NCBI GenBank assembly: GCA_977017645.1
Contig: OZ360227.1
Span: forward strand, 85,870,001-85,934,000
DNA from: Torpedo marmorata
Lineage: Eukaryota
Direction: 5' to 3'
DNA length: 64,000 bases
The position numbers and the translations under genes were made by a program. Shown here piece by piece: positions 12,913 to 24,500 of the stretch; positions within the stretch are counted from its first letter, which is position 1; every line of letters begins with the position of its first letter. The notes under the pieces are model-generated. The model did no database searches. It had not been told where the DNA came from and saw only the letters and a program-made list of their open reading frames with translations.

Positions 12913-13340
12913 CGCCCAGCAGCTCAATGATCGCGATCGTTATGGGTCGACCTATACGCCGGTCACCGCCCAGCAGCTCAATGATCGCGATCGTTATGGG
13001 TCGACCTATACGCCGGTCACCGCCCAGCAGCTCAATGATCGCGATCGTTATGGGTCGATCTATACGCCAGTCAACGCCCAGCAGCTCAATGATCTCGAGC
13101 GGTGTGGGTCGATCTATACGTCATTCAACGGCCAGCAGCTCAATCATCGCGTTTTTTTAGGGGTCGACCTATACGCCGGTCAACGCCTAGCAGCTCAATC
13201 ATTGCGTTTTTTTAGGGGTCGACCTATACGCCGGTCAACGCCTAGCAGCTCAATCATCGCGTTTTTGTAGGGTCGACTTATACGCTGGTCAATGCGCAAC
13301 ATCTCAGGCATCGAGATTTTTGGGGTCGACTTATACGCCG
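12913..13340. repeat. Subterminal tandem array, ~54-bp unit x ~7-8
   Basis: CGCCCAGCAGCTCAATGATC...GGTCGACCTATACGCC units, each carrying the reverse TIR motif. Confidence 0.9.
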
Positions 13341-13893
13341 GATATACCATAAAACCATTAAAATGAGGCTGAAAAAGGGGGGTCGACTTATCCGCCGGTC
13401 GACTTATACGCCGAAATATACGGTATGTTTAACAACCGAATTAGTCACAAATTTAGAAGCGGAGAAAGGCAGAGTGGTGCCCAAGACCGATATAAGTGAA
13501 TGTTTTTTAATAGTTTAATTCAAATTCCAGCCATGGACTAACCAGTCTATCTCCCACCGCATGAACCCAAAAATTAACATATCTAATATTAGTGGCCCAG
13601 TAATACAACCTAAAGTTTGGGAGGCCAAGACCACCCTCCTTGGATTTTTGTAAAAAGATCTTCCTGACACGGGCCACTTTATTATTCCAAATATAAGATA
13701 TCATTGAATCTAGTTTATCAAAATAAGATTTAGGTAAGAAAATGGGAAGTGCCTGAAATACATATAATAATTAGGCAAAACACTCATTTTAACCAATGCA
13801 GAAAATCACCTCTAATTATACCTGTAATCTCATCAGATTGTCGAAAGGCAGTCGCTAAAGGTTCAAGAGCTAGGTCAAACAATAACGGGCTAA

Positions 13894-16771
13894 AACCTCA
13901 GGAAATAAATGAATCCTTTAGAGAATATTATCAAAATTTATATACCTCTCAGATTGATCATGATGATACAAAAATTAATAGATTTTTATCTAAAATTACA
14001 TTACCTAGATTAAATAATTTTAATAGGGATATATTGGATCTACCTATTACAATGAGAGAAGTAGCTGAAGCTTTATCGACATTGAAAAGTGGTAAATCCC
14101 CTGGTGATGATGGATTTCCGATAGAGTTTTATAAAGAATTTAAAGATTTATTGATACCTATATATATGGAAGTATTAAGTCAAATTAAGGAAACCCATTT
14201 ATTACCGAAAACTTTTTTGAATGCTATCATTACAGTTATACCAAAGAAAGATAGAGATGTATTAAAAACTGAGTCGTATAGACCTATATCATTGTTGAAT
14301 GTAGATTATAAAATAATGGCAAAAATTTTGACAAATAGATTAGCTAAGTATTTACAGATTTTAATACATTCAGATCAAGCAGGATTTATTAAAAAATAGA
14401 TATTCGAAAGATAATATAGCAAGATTAATAAGTTTAATCAATTTGCAAAAAAGGAAACAAGATTTGCCATTGGTGATATCATTAGATGCGGAAAAGGCAT
14501 TTGATAGACTGGAATGGAATTTTTTATTTAAGGTTTTAGAGAAATTTGGATTTGGAGATACTTTTATAAATTGGATTAAAACAATATATAAAGAACCTAC
14601 AGCTAGAGTAATTACAAACGGTCAGATATCATCTAAATTTCCCTTGACGCGGTCAACAAGACAAGGATGTCCTTTATCACCTGCTCTATTTGTATTGGCA
14701 ATAGAACCGTTGGCTGAAATGATTAGGAAAGATATTAATATAAATGGGATTAAAGTAGGTACAGAAGAGCATAAAATTAGTTTATTTGCAGATGATGTAT
14801 TAATATATATGACGAAATCAATTGTATCACTTCAACAATTAGCTAAAATACTGATGGAGTATGGTGAGATATCTGGATATAAAATAAACTCGGATAAAAG
14901 TGAGATAATGGCTTTATCTCAAGGAGATTATACTAAATGTAAAGAAGTTACAAGATTTAAATGGGCTAAAGAAGGAATTAAATATTTGGGAGTTAAAGTA
15001 GATACAAAATTGGAAAATTTATATAAATTAAATTATATACCTTTATTTAACAAAATAAAGAAAGATTTGGAGAATTGGAAAGATTTACCTATAACTTTAA
15101 TGGGAAGAGTGAATTGTATTAAAATGAATATTTTTCCAAGAATTCAATATCTTTTTCAATCTATTCCTTTTGGAATTCCTCAAAATTTTTAAAGATTTAA
15201 AAATTATTATTAGGAAATTTTTATGGAAGGGAAAGTTAGCGAGAGTAAGTATGGATAAATTAACTTGGAATTATGAGATGGGTGGATTACAACTCCCCAA
15301 TTTTCAATATTATTATAAGGCAGCTCAATTAAAGTTTATTAATGAATTTTTTTATTTAACTAAATCTACCGCTTGGATTAATATAGAATTGAATAATATA
15401 GGGGAGAGATATAAAGAAGATATTATTTATAAGTGGAATTCTAAATTATTCGTTAAAAAGAAAAATTCACCGATTATTAAACATTTGCTGGAAATTTGGA
15501 CACAATTAGATAATGAGATAGGACGAAAAGGGTCATTATCTCCAAATATGCCACTGTATCAAAATCTATTTTTACCATTTTCTATTGACAATCAATTTTT
15601 AAAAATATGGTTTCAAAAAGGAATTAAGAAGATTAAAGATTGTTTTGAGGCTGGAAGATTTGTTACATTTTCGAGATTGAAAGAAAAATTTGGAATATTA
15701 GATAATACAATTTTAGCTTATTATCAGGTTAAAGGATTTTTAGTTGAAAAACTGGGAAATCAATTAATAGCTCCAAGACAGGATGGATTAGAATTATTAA
15801 TTACTAATGGAAATGTTAATAAATTTATATCACAAATGTATAAATTACTTCAGAGAAAAATGCCTAAAGTAGGATTCCATAAATCAAGATTAAAATGGGA
15901 ATCAGATTTAAATATTAATATAGATGAAAAACATTGGAAAGATTTATGTAAATTGAGTATGACTAAAATTATTAATGTTAGGTATAGATTAGTACAATAT
16001 AATTTTTTTCATCAATTATATTTAACACCTAAAAAATTAAAGAAATTTAATCCGGCATTATCAGATATGTGTTTTAGATGCAAGGATGAAATTGGTTCTT
16101 TTGTTCATTCAACATGGTTATGTCCTAAAATCAAGGACTTTTGGTCTAAAGTTAAAAAAAATTTAGATAGAATTTTTAATATTATATTTCCAATGGATCC
16201 TATGTTATTTTTATTTGGAGATATTAAAAAATTTAGTATTAGAAATAGATTAAATATGTATCAAATAGAATTTTTACGAATTGTTTTAGTGGTTTCAAAA
16301 AAATGTATTGCTATTACTTGGAAATCAGATTTAGATTTGAATTTAGATAGATTGCATGCAGAATTACGTTCATGTATACCATTAGAAAAGATTACGTACA
16401 ATCTACGTAATAAATATCATTTCTTTTTGAAAATTTGGAGCCCATATATGAGAGCTATGGGTATGAATTAATTCTCTGGAAGTCGGCTCCGCTAGCGAAA
16501 TTAACCTCCAATATATAAATAGAATTAGTTTGTAGTTTGTTTTCTCCTCAATTTAATTCTTTATTATTCAACTTTTTTCTTTTTATTCTTTTTTTTTTTC
16601 TCTCTTGTTTTTATATATATATATTTTTTTCTTTAGAATAGTGGTAGGGGGAGTTGGGGAGGGGAGGGAGGGAGGAAATATATCACATGTATTTGGAATG
16701 ATATTATTTTTGATCTATGTATTTTGTGATTTTAAAATTTAAATAAAATAATAAAAATAAAAAAAAATAAA
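13894..16771 (+). mobile_element. 5'-truncated AT-rich L1-clade LINE, ORF2 broken by frameshifts
   Basis: KSPGDDG, DAEKAFD, RQGCPLSP, LFADD, CFRC..HSTWLC. A-rich tail. 17-bp TSD AAACAATAACGGGCTAA (13877-13893 / 16772-16788). Confidence 0.93.
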
Positions 16772-17515
16772 AAACAATAACGGGCTAAGAGGGCAGCCTT
16801 GCCGAGTACCACGATATAATCTAAAGGGGGAAGACTTCTTAAAATTCGTGACCACAGAAGCTGTGTGAGATGAATACATTAATTTAATCCAATTTATAAA
16901 CTGCAGACCAAAATTAAATTTCTTTAATACAGCAAATAAATAAGCCCACTCCACCCTATCAAATGCCTTCTCAGCGTCTAATGAGATAATACATTCTTTT
17001 GGAGACGTACTAGTAGAATAAATGATATTTAAGGTCCTTTGAATATTAAACTGTAAATAGCGACCTTTAATAAAACCAGTCTGATCATCAGAAATTATAT
17101 TAGGAATCACCTTTTCTAATCTGTGAGTAAGAATTTTAGACAAAATTTTTGCATCCACATTAATAAGAGAGATGGAGCGATAAGGAAGCACAGTTAGCAG
17201 GATCTTTATTTTTCTTAAGTATTAAAGAAATAGAAGCTTCATAAAAGGAGCGAGGCAGCTTACCCACCACCTTAGCCTCTTTCAGAGTCAATTCTAAATA
17301 AGGAAGTAGGAGATCTTTGAATGTTTTGCCTTCTGCCTTCTCCCATGCATTTTGTGGTCTTTTACATCTGGAGATGTTTTAGCACATGGATGGGAATTTT
17401 AGTAACCACTGAACTGAACAGAAAGAAGATGGAAATTTAAAGGCAAATTGAAATAGATGATTTTCCAGAACACAGCGTCAATAGTTTGGTATCACTTGGG
17501 ATATTGTCCAATGTA

Positions 17516-17755
17516 GGGCAGTGCGGTTAATATAACGGTTAACACCTCGCTATTACAGCACCAGCGACCTGGGTTGGAATCCGGTGATGTCTTTGAGGAA
17601 TTTGAATGTTCTTCCCGTGACCAAGTGGGTTTCCTTGGGATGCTCCAGGTTCATTTCACGTTACAAAGGCGTATGGGTTAGTAGGCGAATTGGTCACGTG
17701 TATATTTGGGTGTCGCAGGCTCATGGGCCGGATGTGTTGTATCACCAAATTAAAA
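17516..17755 (+). mobile_element. tRNA-derived V-SINE-like element
   Basis: tRNA-like head with B-box-like GGTTGGAATCC and V-domain-like core. Related copies at ~33565-33790, 37130-37340, 49502-49715, 58465-58860. Confidence 0.65.
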
Positions 17756-18085
17756 TTTGAAAAAAAATGTTTCACCTATTGGCTTTGGAGGGGTCAAATT
17801 CATGGCAGCATGTGGAGACAATGCCATTGATTTTGCTGACACTTCATAAGTGCTGTTTTAGTGCTAGATTCCAGGAGACAATTGAGGAGCTAAGAGTAAT
17901 AAAGACAAAGTGGATATCACAAAATGCATGTGAAAACTGCTCTTGTGCAGCTTGGGAACGTGGTGATTGGCCCACCATGTCTATGCCAGCCATTAATGTC
18001 AATACCAGTACAAATTTCCAGTACTCAGCGTATACTTTTCTATACCCTTGTGCTTCAAGTGCTTATCTCAGAACTTTTTCGTATA

Positions 18086-19354
18086 CAGGGAGTTCCCGGA
18101 TTATGAACACCCGACTTACGGACAACTTGTACTTACGAATAAATTGTGCCCCCAATTCGCGCATGCACTCCCAATTTGCGCATGCGCATAATGTTACCTC
18201 ACAAATGCCCCTTCCGGTATGCAAGACATCGAGAGTAAGTGTTAACTTTTAATCATGATCTTTTTTCTTTTTTTTCTGTCTCAACTGTTTTAAGAACTGT
18301 TTCTTTAATTTTTTTTTTTTTTTTTTTACAGCACTAAGAGAAACATTTGACAAACTGACGCTAAATAAGAACCGTATGTACTGTTATGGACCATGACTGA
18401 CCATTTGGACTGCGGACGGTCAGCAGGAAGGATGAATTCTTTTGGAGTATACACTGGGGCCAGGTACTGAAAGAGTTAACTTCCCCAGCTACTTGGTGTA
18501 CCCAGACAAGATACATTGTTGCACTCTTGGTGTACCCAGACAGAGAGAGACCAGAGAGAGAAAGAGACAGGCTAGACAAGATACATTTGTTTCACTTCTG
18601 CAAAAAGCAGGGGCAGATCTCTGCAAAGCACACAGTTGTGAGTTGCAAAGGCTACCGAACACAGCCAGATCCAGGCTTGTGCAGTCAGAGAAAATCTGGA
18701 AGAATTGCACATGGCCTCTTGTCTCAGAAAAATTCTGAGAAAAAGCAACTTCTGTGGAGAACAGGCGTGATCAGCGAGACTAGCTGTGAGATTCAAGCAT
18801 ACGCCTAAATCAGTGGTATACTGATCTGGAACTTGCAATCCTTATGAACCTACAAGAAGGGGACGTCATCAGAGAAGAAAACAAGTATTTGTAAGCATAA
18901 ACAGTCATTGTCTCATTCCAACGTTCATTCAGAAGTACTTCTACCAGACTCAGAGCTGTATTGAAGCCTGAACTTAGAGAGTGGATTTTGTCGACTGTAT
19001 TATCCTTTTTTTTGACTGACTTGTTTTTATGACTGACCTGGGGTTTTTGGGGAAAGTTTTTCCATTTTTACATAAGGGTTGGGCACAGACTGTAATGGTC
19101 TGGGCTTTACACACACACACATACACCTTTTAGATAAGAATAGAGTTTATAGACGTTTATAGTGGGGTTAATTGTTGTGAAATTATATGTTTACTTGTGT
19201 TTAATAAATAATAATTTCAATTTTACCCCTTTTGCATTGCATCTTCTGTCGTTGCTGGTTTGATTTTGTAACAGTACCAGTTCCGAATTATCTACAAATT
19301 CGATTTAAAGACAAATGTAGGAACGGATCTCGTTCGTAACCCAGGGACTCCCTG
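18086..19354. mobile_element. Tigger-like MITE (~370 bp) split by a solo LTR
   Basis: TA|CAGGGAGTTCCCGGATTATGAAC ... GTTCGTAACCCAGGGACTCCCTG|TA. Confidence 0.8.
18382..19273 (+). mobile_element. Solo LTR (892 bp) of the Gmr1-like family at 1-2870
   Basis: TGTTA...TAACA termini, 4-bp TSD GTAC, first ~460 bp similar to 2421-2870. Confidence 0.9.
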
Positions 19355-19394
19355 TATTGTGAGAGAATTCCTTCAGTTGATGTGATTCAGATTT

Positions 19395-20157
19395 CAGTAA
19401 AAACACAAATGCTGGAGGAACTCGGCAGGTCTCACAACGTCCATTAGAGATAAAGATTTATTTCAAACGTTTCGGGCCTTACGCTTACCCTCTTACCTTC
19501 CTCGAGGGTAAGAGTAAGAAGCAGGCAAGCGCCTGTATTCAAAGGCTGGGGAAAAGGGAAGAATGGGAGGAGTACAGACCAACAGACAAAAGGAGTTAAT
19601 TGGATATGATAAGAGGACAGGAGAGAGGAAAGATGAGAATTGGGTGGGGGGGGTGGTTTGCTTGTGGCTCTGTGAAAGGAGAGAGAAAAGAGGAGCGAGA
19701 CAGCTAGATGAAAGAAGACATGGGGAAAGATTGGGTGGGGGGGGGTGGGATGAACAGAAACCAAAGGTCGACGTTAATGCCATCTGGTTGGAGGGTGCCC
19801 AGCCGGTACATTAACATCGACTTCTCCGGTTTCCGTTAGCTCCCACACCCTCCCCCATCTTTCCCATTGCCTCCGTGCCTCTCTGTCTGTCTCCTTTCAC
19901 AGAGCCAAAAACATGCCCCACCTTCTCTAATCAATTCTCACCTTTCCTCTCTCATGATCTCTTATCTAATTAACACCTTTTGTCTGTTGGTTTGCACTAC
20001 TCCTCCCCCTCCCATTCTTCCTTTTTCCCCAGCTTTTTAAATACAGGCGCCTGCCTGCTTCTTGCTCATACCTTGAGGAAGGGCTTAGGCCCGAAACATC
20101 TGTAATGTACCTTTTCCTCCTATGGATGCTGCAAGACCTGCTGAGTTCCTCCAACAT
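19395..20157. mobile_element. Two Penelope termini joined in inverted orientation
   Basis: TGCTGGAGGAACTC...GTTTCGGGC at left is mirrored by GCCCGAAAC...GAGTTCCTCCAACA at right. Junction ~19810. Confidence 0.75.
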
Positions 20158-21020
20158 CAGAATCCGAATTTATTGTCATGAACAAGTCATGAAATTTGGT
20201 GTTTTGCGGCAGCATCACAGTGCAAACATTCATATTATAACCATCTTACAACGTTACTATAAAAATTAAAATAATAGTGCACGAAAAGTGAGGCAGTGTC
20301 TTTGGTTCATTGTTTATTCAGGAATCTGATGGCAGCGGGGAAGATGCTGTCCTTGTGCCGTTGAGTGCTCGTCTTTAGGCTCTTGTACCCTTTTCCCGAT
20401 GGTAGCAGAGTGAAGAGGGCATGGCCTGGGTGGTGGGGGTCTTTGAGGATACAGTCTGCTTTTTTAAGACACAGCCTCATGTAGATGTCCTCGATGGAGT
20501 GAAGTCTGATGCCTGATGTCGCAGGCCAAGTTAACAACCCTCTGGAGTTTATTCTTGTCCTGAGACTTGGTGCCTCCATACCAGGTAGTGACGCAACCAG
20601 CCAGAATGCTCTCCACGGTACACCTGTAGAAATTTACGAGAGTCTTCAGAGACATACCGAATCTCCTCAGACACCTCACAAAGTATAGCGGCTGGTGAGC
20701 CTTCTTTGAGATTGCATCAACATGGATACTCCAGGACAGATCCTCAGAGATATTGACACCCAGGAAGTTCTTGACACTCTCGATGAGGACTGGGTCATGT
20801 TCCCCGACTTCCTCCTGGTCCACAATCATCTCCTTGGTTTTGCTGACGTTGAGCGCAAGGTTGTTGTCGTTACACCATTCAACGAGCTGATCTATCTCCC
20901 TCCTGTACGCTTCCTCATTGCCATTTGTGATTCTGCCAACAACTGTGGTGTCATCGGCAAACTTGGAGATAGCGTTGGAATTGTGCCTGGCCACACAGTC
21001 ATGGGTGTATAACGAGTAGA
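20157..21020 (-). mobile_element. Rex-Babar-type LINE 3' part
   Basis: KFADDTTVVG, LNVSKTKEMIVD, FYRCTVESIL, HHPGHALFTLLPSG. Microsatellite-like tail. Confidence 0.8.
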
Positions 21021-21596
21021 ACATTTCTGTGTTTTTACTACAATCACTGCATCTGCAGACTTTCGTGTTTCACTCCAGATTTCAGTCCCTCTGAAGCTTC
21101 TGCCCTTTGCCTCAAACTTGTGTCCTTTGGTTATGGACACCTCTGTCATGGGGAAAAGCTTCCTATTATGCACTCCATCTGCGTCCCTCATAATTTTGAG
21201 TACCTCATTCTGATCCCCTCCCTCAGCCTCTTCTGATCAAAGGTAAAGAAATTCAGCGCATCTCGTCTCCATCACTGAAATACTTCATTCTATGCAACAT
21301 ACTGGATTATACCCATGCAATCATTTCTTTCCTGTGGTGGGGTGACCATAACTGCACCCAGTACCTCAGCTGTGTATGTCATGTAATATTTCTCTACGTC
21401 CTGTCTCGAAGTATTTCTCATGCATCTGTAATTACTACTTCCACCTGTGCTGTTGCCTTCAGGGGTCCTTGGAAATGTATGCAGGTTTTTGCACTTCCCA
21501 TGAAAGACATTGACAGTTGGAAATAGCAAAATGAATCTTTGATAATGCTACCACTGAGAGTGATAGCCATTTTCAAGTTGAGAAAAATGATTGCTT

Positions 21597-24500
21597 TGTA
21601 GCCGCGTGCTACTCGAAAGAAGACACACACACGTCATGTAGTCAGGTTAAGCTCTTGAGTTTTTATTAGGGCTCAGGCCCGACTTATATTTGCACTGTTC
21701 CCGCCGTGGCCTCCTTTTGCTGATGTCACAACATGCATAACAAAAGCGGGTTTCCCGCGTGCGGGTACTTTCCTGCATAACCTCCTTCCCCGCGCGCTGT
21801 CCCTGTCTGTTGGCTGCGCAGCAAGGCCAGCGCAATTTTAGGGTCGCTGGCCTTTAAGCTGCCCTTGCCGTTCACCTGCCGGTTCGCTTGTTGGGCCAGT
21901 GCTGCTGCGCGGGCTGCTGGCCTTTGGTTGCGCTCGCCGCCTGGAGCGCCGGCTCAATCGCTGCGGCGGCGGGCTGCCACATGACCCCCCCACCACCCCC
22001 AGAACAGGCGGTATTGTCCTTGTTATTGTCCTTGGTGCCCGGAGGCAAAGTCTCTGCAGCCTTCGGTGGCCTGCCTCTTCGGCGTGGTGCTGGTGTCTCG
22101 ACTGGGCGCGCCGGGTCCAGGTGTGTCGGCTTCAGCCTGTCTGTGGTGAAGTCCTCCGTCTTTCCTCCGACCTCCAGCTTGAACGTGCCCCGTTGTTGCG
22201 GATGACCCGGAACGGACCCTCGTATAGCCTATGAAGCAGTGGACGATGTGGACCCCTGCGAATGAAAACATACTCACAGTCCTGCCAGTCTCTGGGTATG
22301 TTGGTCCTCGCATGTCTGTGCCTGGAAGGTGGAATCGGGAGTAAAACACGAAATGTAGTATTCAGAAGTAAAACACAGGTGGAATCGGGGCCAGGTTGCC
22401 GACTCTTTCCCTTAGCCTGCTGAGGAACGCTGCAGAGTCGTCCTGCTGCCCGCCTGGGGAAGCACGAATTCTCCCGGGGCCACCAGTGGAGCTCCGTAGA
22501 TGAGATCGGCCGAAGAGGTGTTGAGGTCCTCCTTGGGTGCCGTGTGGATGCCCAACAGTGCCCATGGTAACTTGTCTACCCAGTTGGGACCTTGGAGTTG
22601 AGTCATGAGCGTGGTCTTGAGGTGCCTGTGGAAGCGCTCCACTAATCCATTGGACTGTGGGTGGTAAGCTGTTGTGTGATGCAGCTGGGCACCCCACCGG
22701 CTAGCGAGGTTGGACCACACACTGGAGGTGAACTGGGCCCCTCTGTCAGATGTGATGTGGGATGGTAACCCGAACAGTGCCACCCAGGATGAGATGAGGG
22801 ACCTGGCGCAAGAGGTTGTGGACGTGTCTGCCAGCGGGACTGCTTCTGGCCACCTGGTGAAGCGGTCGACCATCGTGAACAGATAGCGGAAACCCTGGGA
22901 TACCGGCAAGGGTCCTACTATGTCCACGTGGATGTGGTCGAACCTTCGTTCTGCGGGCTCAAAGTGCTGAGGTGAGGTCTTGGTGTGCTGCTGTACCTTG
23001 GTTGTTTGGCATTGCGTGCACCCGCTGACCTGTTTCCGCAATCCATGCTACACGCATTTGCTGGCCACCAGCCGGACCGTGGTCCTAACGGATGGGTGAG
23101 CCAGTCCGTGGATGGAGTCAAACCTGTCGTTTCCAAGCCGACAGGACGATGGGTCTGACCTGACTGGTGGCCACGTCGCACAGGAGGGTGGTGTTACATG
23201 TGCCGACTGGGATGTCCTGGAGCTGCAGTCCCGATATGGCAGTCCTGTACTGGGGCATCTCCTCGTCTTTCTGCTGTGCCTCCGCCAGTGCCACGAAGTC
23301 CACTCCCCTTGATAGCGCATGGATACTTTGCCTGGACAGTGCGTCGGCCACCACGTTGTCCTTACCAGAGACGTGCCTTACATCTGTGGTGTACTCCGAG
23401 ATGTAAGACAGGTGTCGTTGCTGGTGGGCCGACAAGGGGTCCAAGATCTTAGCCAAGGTGAAAGTCAGGGGCTTGTGATCTGTGAAAGCCGTGAAGGACC
23501 GGCTCTCTAGGAAGTACCTGAAGTGGCGGATGGGTAAGTACAGTGCCATAGCTCTCTGTCGAAAGCACTGTACTTCAGTTCTGGAGGCAGCAGGTATTTG
23601 CTGAAGAAAGCCAGCGGCCGCCAACGTCCTTCGATCTGCTGCTCCAGAACTCTGCCGTTCCTGAGGCATCCACTGTCAGGGCCGTTAGAGCATCTGACCT
23701 GGGATGTGCCAGGAGAGCGGCATCCGCCAGGGCTTCCTTGGCCTTCACGAAGGCTTCTGCTGACTCTTCGTCCCAGGTGATGTCCTTCGCCTTGCCTGCC
23801 ATCTGGGCGAACAAGGGCTGCATGATCCGGGCAGCTGAGGGGATGAACTTGTGATAGAAATTGATCATCCCCACGAACTACTGTCGTCCCTTGGTTGTGT
23901 TGGGCCTCCACTTTACTGGGTAGCGGTGTGGCTCCTTCCCTGGTTATCCTGTGGCCCAGGAAGTCGATGGCCTCCAATCCGAACTGGCATTTGGCTGGGT
24001 TGATTGTCAGGGCGAACTCGCTCAGTCGGATGTTGAGGTTGCGGAGGTGCGTCATATGCTCCTGTTGGTTCCTGCTCGCCACCAGGATGTCGTCCAGGTA
24101 CACGAAGGTGCCGTCCAGGTCTCAGCCCACCGCGTCCATGAGTAGCTGGAAGGTCTGTGCGGCGTTCTTTAGCCTGAACGGCATTCGGAGGAATTCGAAG
24201 AGGCCTAACGGGGTGATGATGGCGGTCTTGGGGATATCCTCGGGGTGTACCGGGATCTGATGATATCCCCGCACGAGGTCCACCTTGGAGAAGATCCTTG
24301 CCCCGTGCAGGTTAGCCGCAAAGTCCTGGATGTGCGGCACAGAGTACCGATCCGGTGTTGTGGCCTCGTTGAGCCAGTGGTAGACGCCGCATGGTCTCCA
24401 GCCCCCAGTTGCTTTGGGTACCATGTGCAGGGGAGAAGCCCATAGGCTGTCCGACCGCTGTACGATGCCGAGCTCCTCCAGCTTCCTGAATTTCTCCTTC

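Larger units (their letters stand above)
11209..13423 (-). mobile_element. Full-length pogo-superfamily DNA transposon (Passer/POGK-like, DD35D), 2215 bp
   Basis: Matching TIRs CCGTATATTTCGGCGTATAAGTCGACC, TA on both flanks, one uninterrupted transposase ORF. Confidence 0.95.
9869..17323 (-). mobile_element. Older L1-clade LINE (ORF2 fragments) hosting a pogo transposon and a younger L1
   Basis: RT motifs (SLDAEKAFDRVEW, GTRQGCPLSPLLF) at 16790-17320, KEGGLGLPNF at 13507-13704, and Cys-rich CDRC..HMFWTC at 10220-10741. Flanked by a 57-bp direct repeat (9812-9868 / 17324-17380). Confidence 0.85.

Noticed and set aside
12867-13160. ORF with 18-aa repeats
   Set aside because: Incidental translation of the 54-bp subterminal array.
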